This document shows positions 61,857 through 64,000 of a stretch of DNA of 64,000 nt, one piece after another. Position 1 is the stretch's first letter. Every line of letters starts with the position of its first letter. The notes under the pieces are model-generated. The model made no database searches. It worked only from the letters and a program-made list of their open reading frames with translations, and was not told the DNA's origin. This stretch comes from Heterodontus francisci (lineage: Eukaryota). The translations under genes and the position numbers were made by a program. The DNA is taken from positions 13,907,311 to 13,971,310 of the forward strand of contig NC_090419.1 of NCBI RefSeq assembly GCF_036365525.1, in the 5' to 3' direction.

Positions 61857-62126
61857 GCCTGTCCCAGGACTGTTTGATGGGGACAGTGTAAAGGGAGCTT
61901 TACTCTCGATCTAATCCCGTGCTGTACCTGTCCTGGGAGCGTTTGATGGGGACAGTGTAGAGGGAGCTTTACTCTGTATCTAACCCCCGTGCTGTACCTG
62001 TCCTGGGAGTGTTTGATGGGGACAGTGTAGAGGGAGCTTTACTCTGTATCTAACCCCCGTGCTGTACCTGTCCTGGGAGTGTTTGATGGGGACAGTGTAG
62101 AGGGAGCTTTACTCTGGAACTAACCC
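61857..62126 (+). repeat. Same minisatellite, left of Tx1 copy 2
   Basis: About 4 units, ending at CTAACCC. Confidence 0.92.
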
Positions 62127-62128
62127 GG

Positions 62129-64000
62129 TTTTTTTTCTAACCCTTTTTTTTTCTCTTCGTTTTTTTTCCAAGGTGGCCTTTATACCCCAGGCCCCTTTTA
62201 TATTTTTCATGACAAGGGGGCCTTTATTCCTCAGGCCCCCTTTTATATACATATTTACAAAAATAACTTTATTAAAAACAGAAAAATAAACCAAAACTCA
62301 AATTAAAATGCCATTCTCTGCGTCGATGATGCACTCCAGTCCCTGCGGTGCCCACCGTTCGCGGAAGCCCTCAAGCGTGCCGGCGGACACCGCATGCTCC
62401 CCCTCCAGGGACACCCGGGCGCGAACGTAACCGCGGAAGAGGGGCAGGCAATCGGGGAGGACGGACCCCCTGACCACCCGCAGCCTGGACCTGTGAATTG
62501 CCACCTTGGCCAGGCCCAGGAGCAGACCGACGAGGAGATCCTCCTCCCGGCCCAAGCCCCTCCGCACCGGGTGCCCAAAGATCAGGAAAGTGGGACTGAA
62601 GTGCAGCCAGAACTTGAGCAGCCCCTTCAGATACTCAGAGGGGCTGCAACCTCGCACACTCCGTATATATGTGAAACACGGACTCGTCCAGGCCGCAGAA
62701 AGTGCAGGCAGCCTGGGAGTCCGTGAACCTACTTAAAAGCCTATTGCACGGGACTGTTCTGTGCAGCACCCTCCGCCCCAGGTCCCCAATGTAAAGGGGG
62801 AAGACTCCCGCGTAGAGAGACCTCCATCGGGGTTTCTCCTCGCCGCCAGATGGCAACGCGGACCGCCAGGGCATGTCCGGCCGGCTGAGGAGGGCAAGGA
62901 AGTGGAGAATGTGCAGGAGCAGCCTGTACAGGAAACCCCTTCACGCCAATTGGAAAGGCACGGAGGGCATTTCCGAGAGGCGGCTCGGGTTGTGTGGGAC
63001 TGGCTTCCGAGGAGGGTTTCGGCGCCTGGGTCCGATGAGCAATTCCGGCCGAGCAGGGGTCAGCTCGGCCGGGATCGCTCCGCACTCCTGAGCCCCCTTG
63101 CCACCCGCAGTGAGGGACGTCCCGGGGGTTTCGGTTACTCCTCCACCCGCCGGACCATCCCCGGAGTCAAGCGCCCTGACTGGAGGCGACCATGTTCCAG
63201 ACTCTGAATAGATCCCGGTAAAAGACAGGCAACTCCCTCAGAGAAGCGCAGCTAATGGACTCCACCGGGAGCTGCTTGTCGTCTTGAAGGCAGTGACACT
63301 GGCGGAAAAAATACGTCGCCAGCGCACCCCATCTAGGAGGACGCTCGATGTACAGGTATCTCTGCAGGGTCCGAAAGCGGAGAGTCGCAGCCTGGGTGCG
63401 GACGCACACCAGCGACTGACCGCCCTCCTCAATCGGGAGATTCAGGACCGCGGCAGAGACCCAGTGTTTCCTCTTGCCCCAGAAGACATCGACGAGTTTC
63501 TTCTGGATCTTGGTGGCAAATACAGGGGGCGGGGCCAAAGTGACCAACCGGTACCACAGCATGGAGGCCACCAGTTGGTTTATGACCAGCGCTCGGCCCC
63601 TGTAGGAAAGCACTCGGAGCAGTCCTGTCCAGCGCCCCAGCTGAGCGGTGACTTTCGTCTCCAACTCCTGCCAGTTTGCCGGCCAGGCTTCCTCAGCGGG
63701 GCTAAGGTGGACTCCCAGATAGAGGAGGTGCGTGGTGCTCCACGCAAAAGGTGTCATCTCCGGCAGGGAGTCCAACCGCCACTGAACCACCAGGAGTCCG
63801 GAAAAATTTCTCCCAATTTATCCTCGCGGAGGACACGGCAGAAAAGGTCTGCTGGCAGTCACGCATCCTCCGCAAGTCAATGGGATCTGTGGCCGCGAGG
63901 AGCACGTCGTCAGCGTAAGCCGAGAGGACGACCCGCATGGCCGGCTCGCGCAGAGCCAATCCCGTCAACCTCCTGCGAAGCAGGCACAGGAAGGGCTCCA
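62129..64000 (-). mobile_element. Same Tx1 family, copy 2 (3' part; runs off the window end)
   Basis: Closely similar to 7960-9750; intact YADD near 63905-63917; several frameshifts; T-rich tail at 62129-62170. Confidence 0.93.

Overview
This is vertebrate genomic DNA, very probably from an elasmobranch (shark), judged from HE1-type and Deu-type SINEs, abundant CR1 LINEs and a GVSFHP ghrelin-like peptide. The species cannot be determined. Gene order is: the 3' part of IRAK1 (+, 12 coding exons, 533-26590), a 4-coding-exon prepro-ghrelin-like peptide gene (-, 33110-36357), single-coding-exon TMEM187 (-, 47121-47915), and the first 4 exons of HCFC1 (+, from 50673). The IRAK1-TMEM187-HCFC1 arrangement matches human Xq28. 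Main points: (1) two copies of one L1/Tx1-clade retrotransposon sit at the same CTAACCC position, in the same orientation, within a dispersed ~60-bp minisatellite, suggesting a target-specific element. (2) The ghrelin-like gene lies beside IRAK1, whereas human GHRL lies beside IRAK2, so it may be a separate ohnolog. (3) IRAK1 splicing is unusual, with two GC donors, a GAG acceptor and an 821-nt adenine-free tract before one acceptor. (4) Several minisatellites are present, one of which repeatedly expands inside a SINE. All gene models were read by eye without alignments or database searches, and repeat boundaries are approximate.
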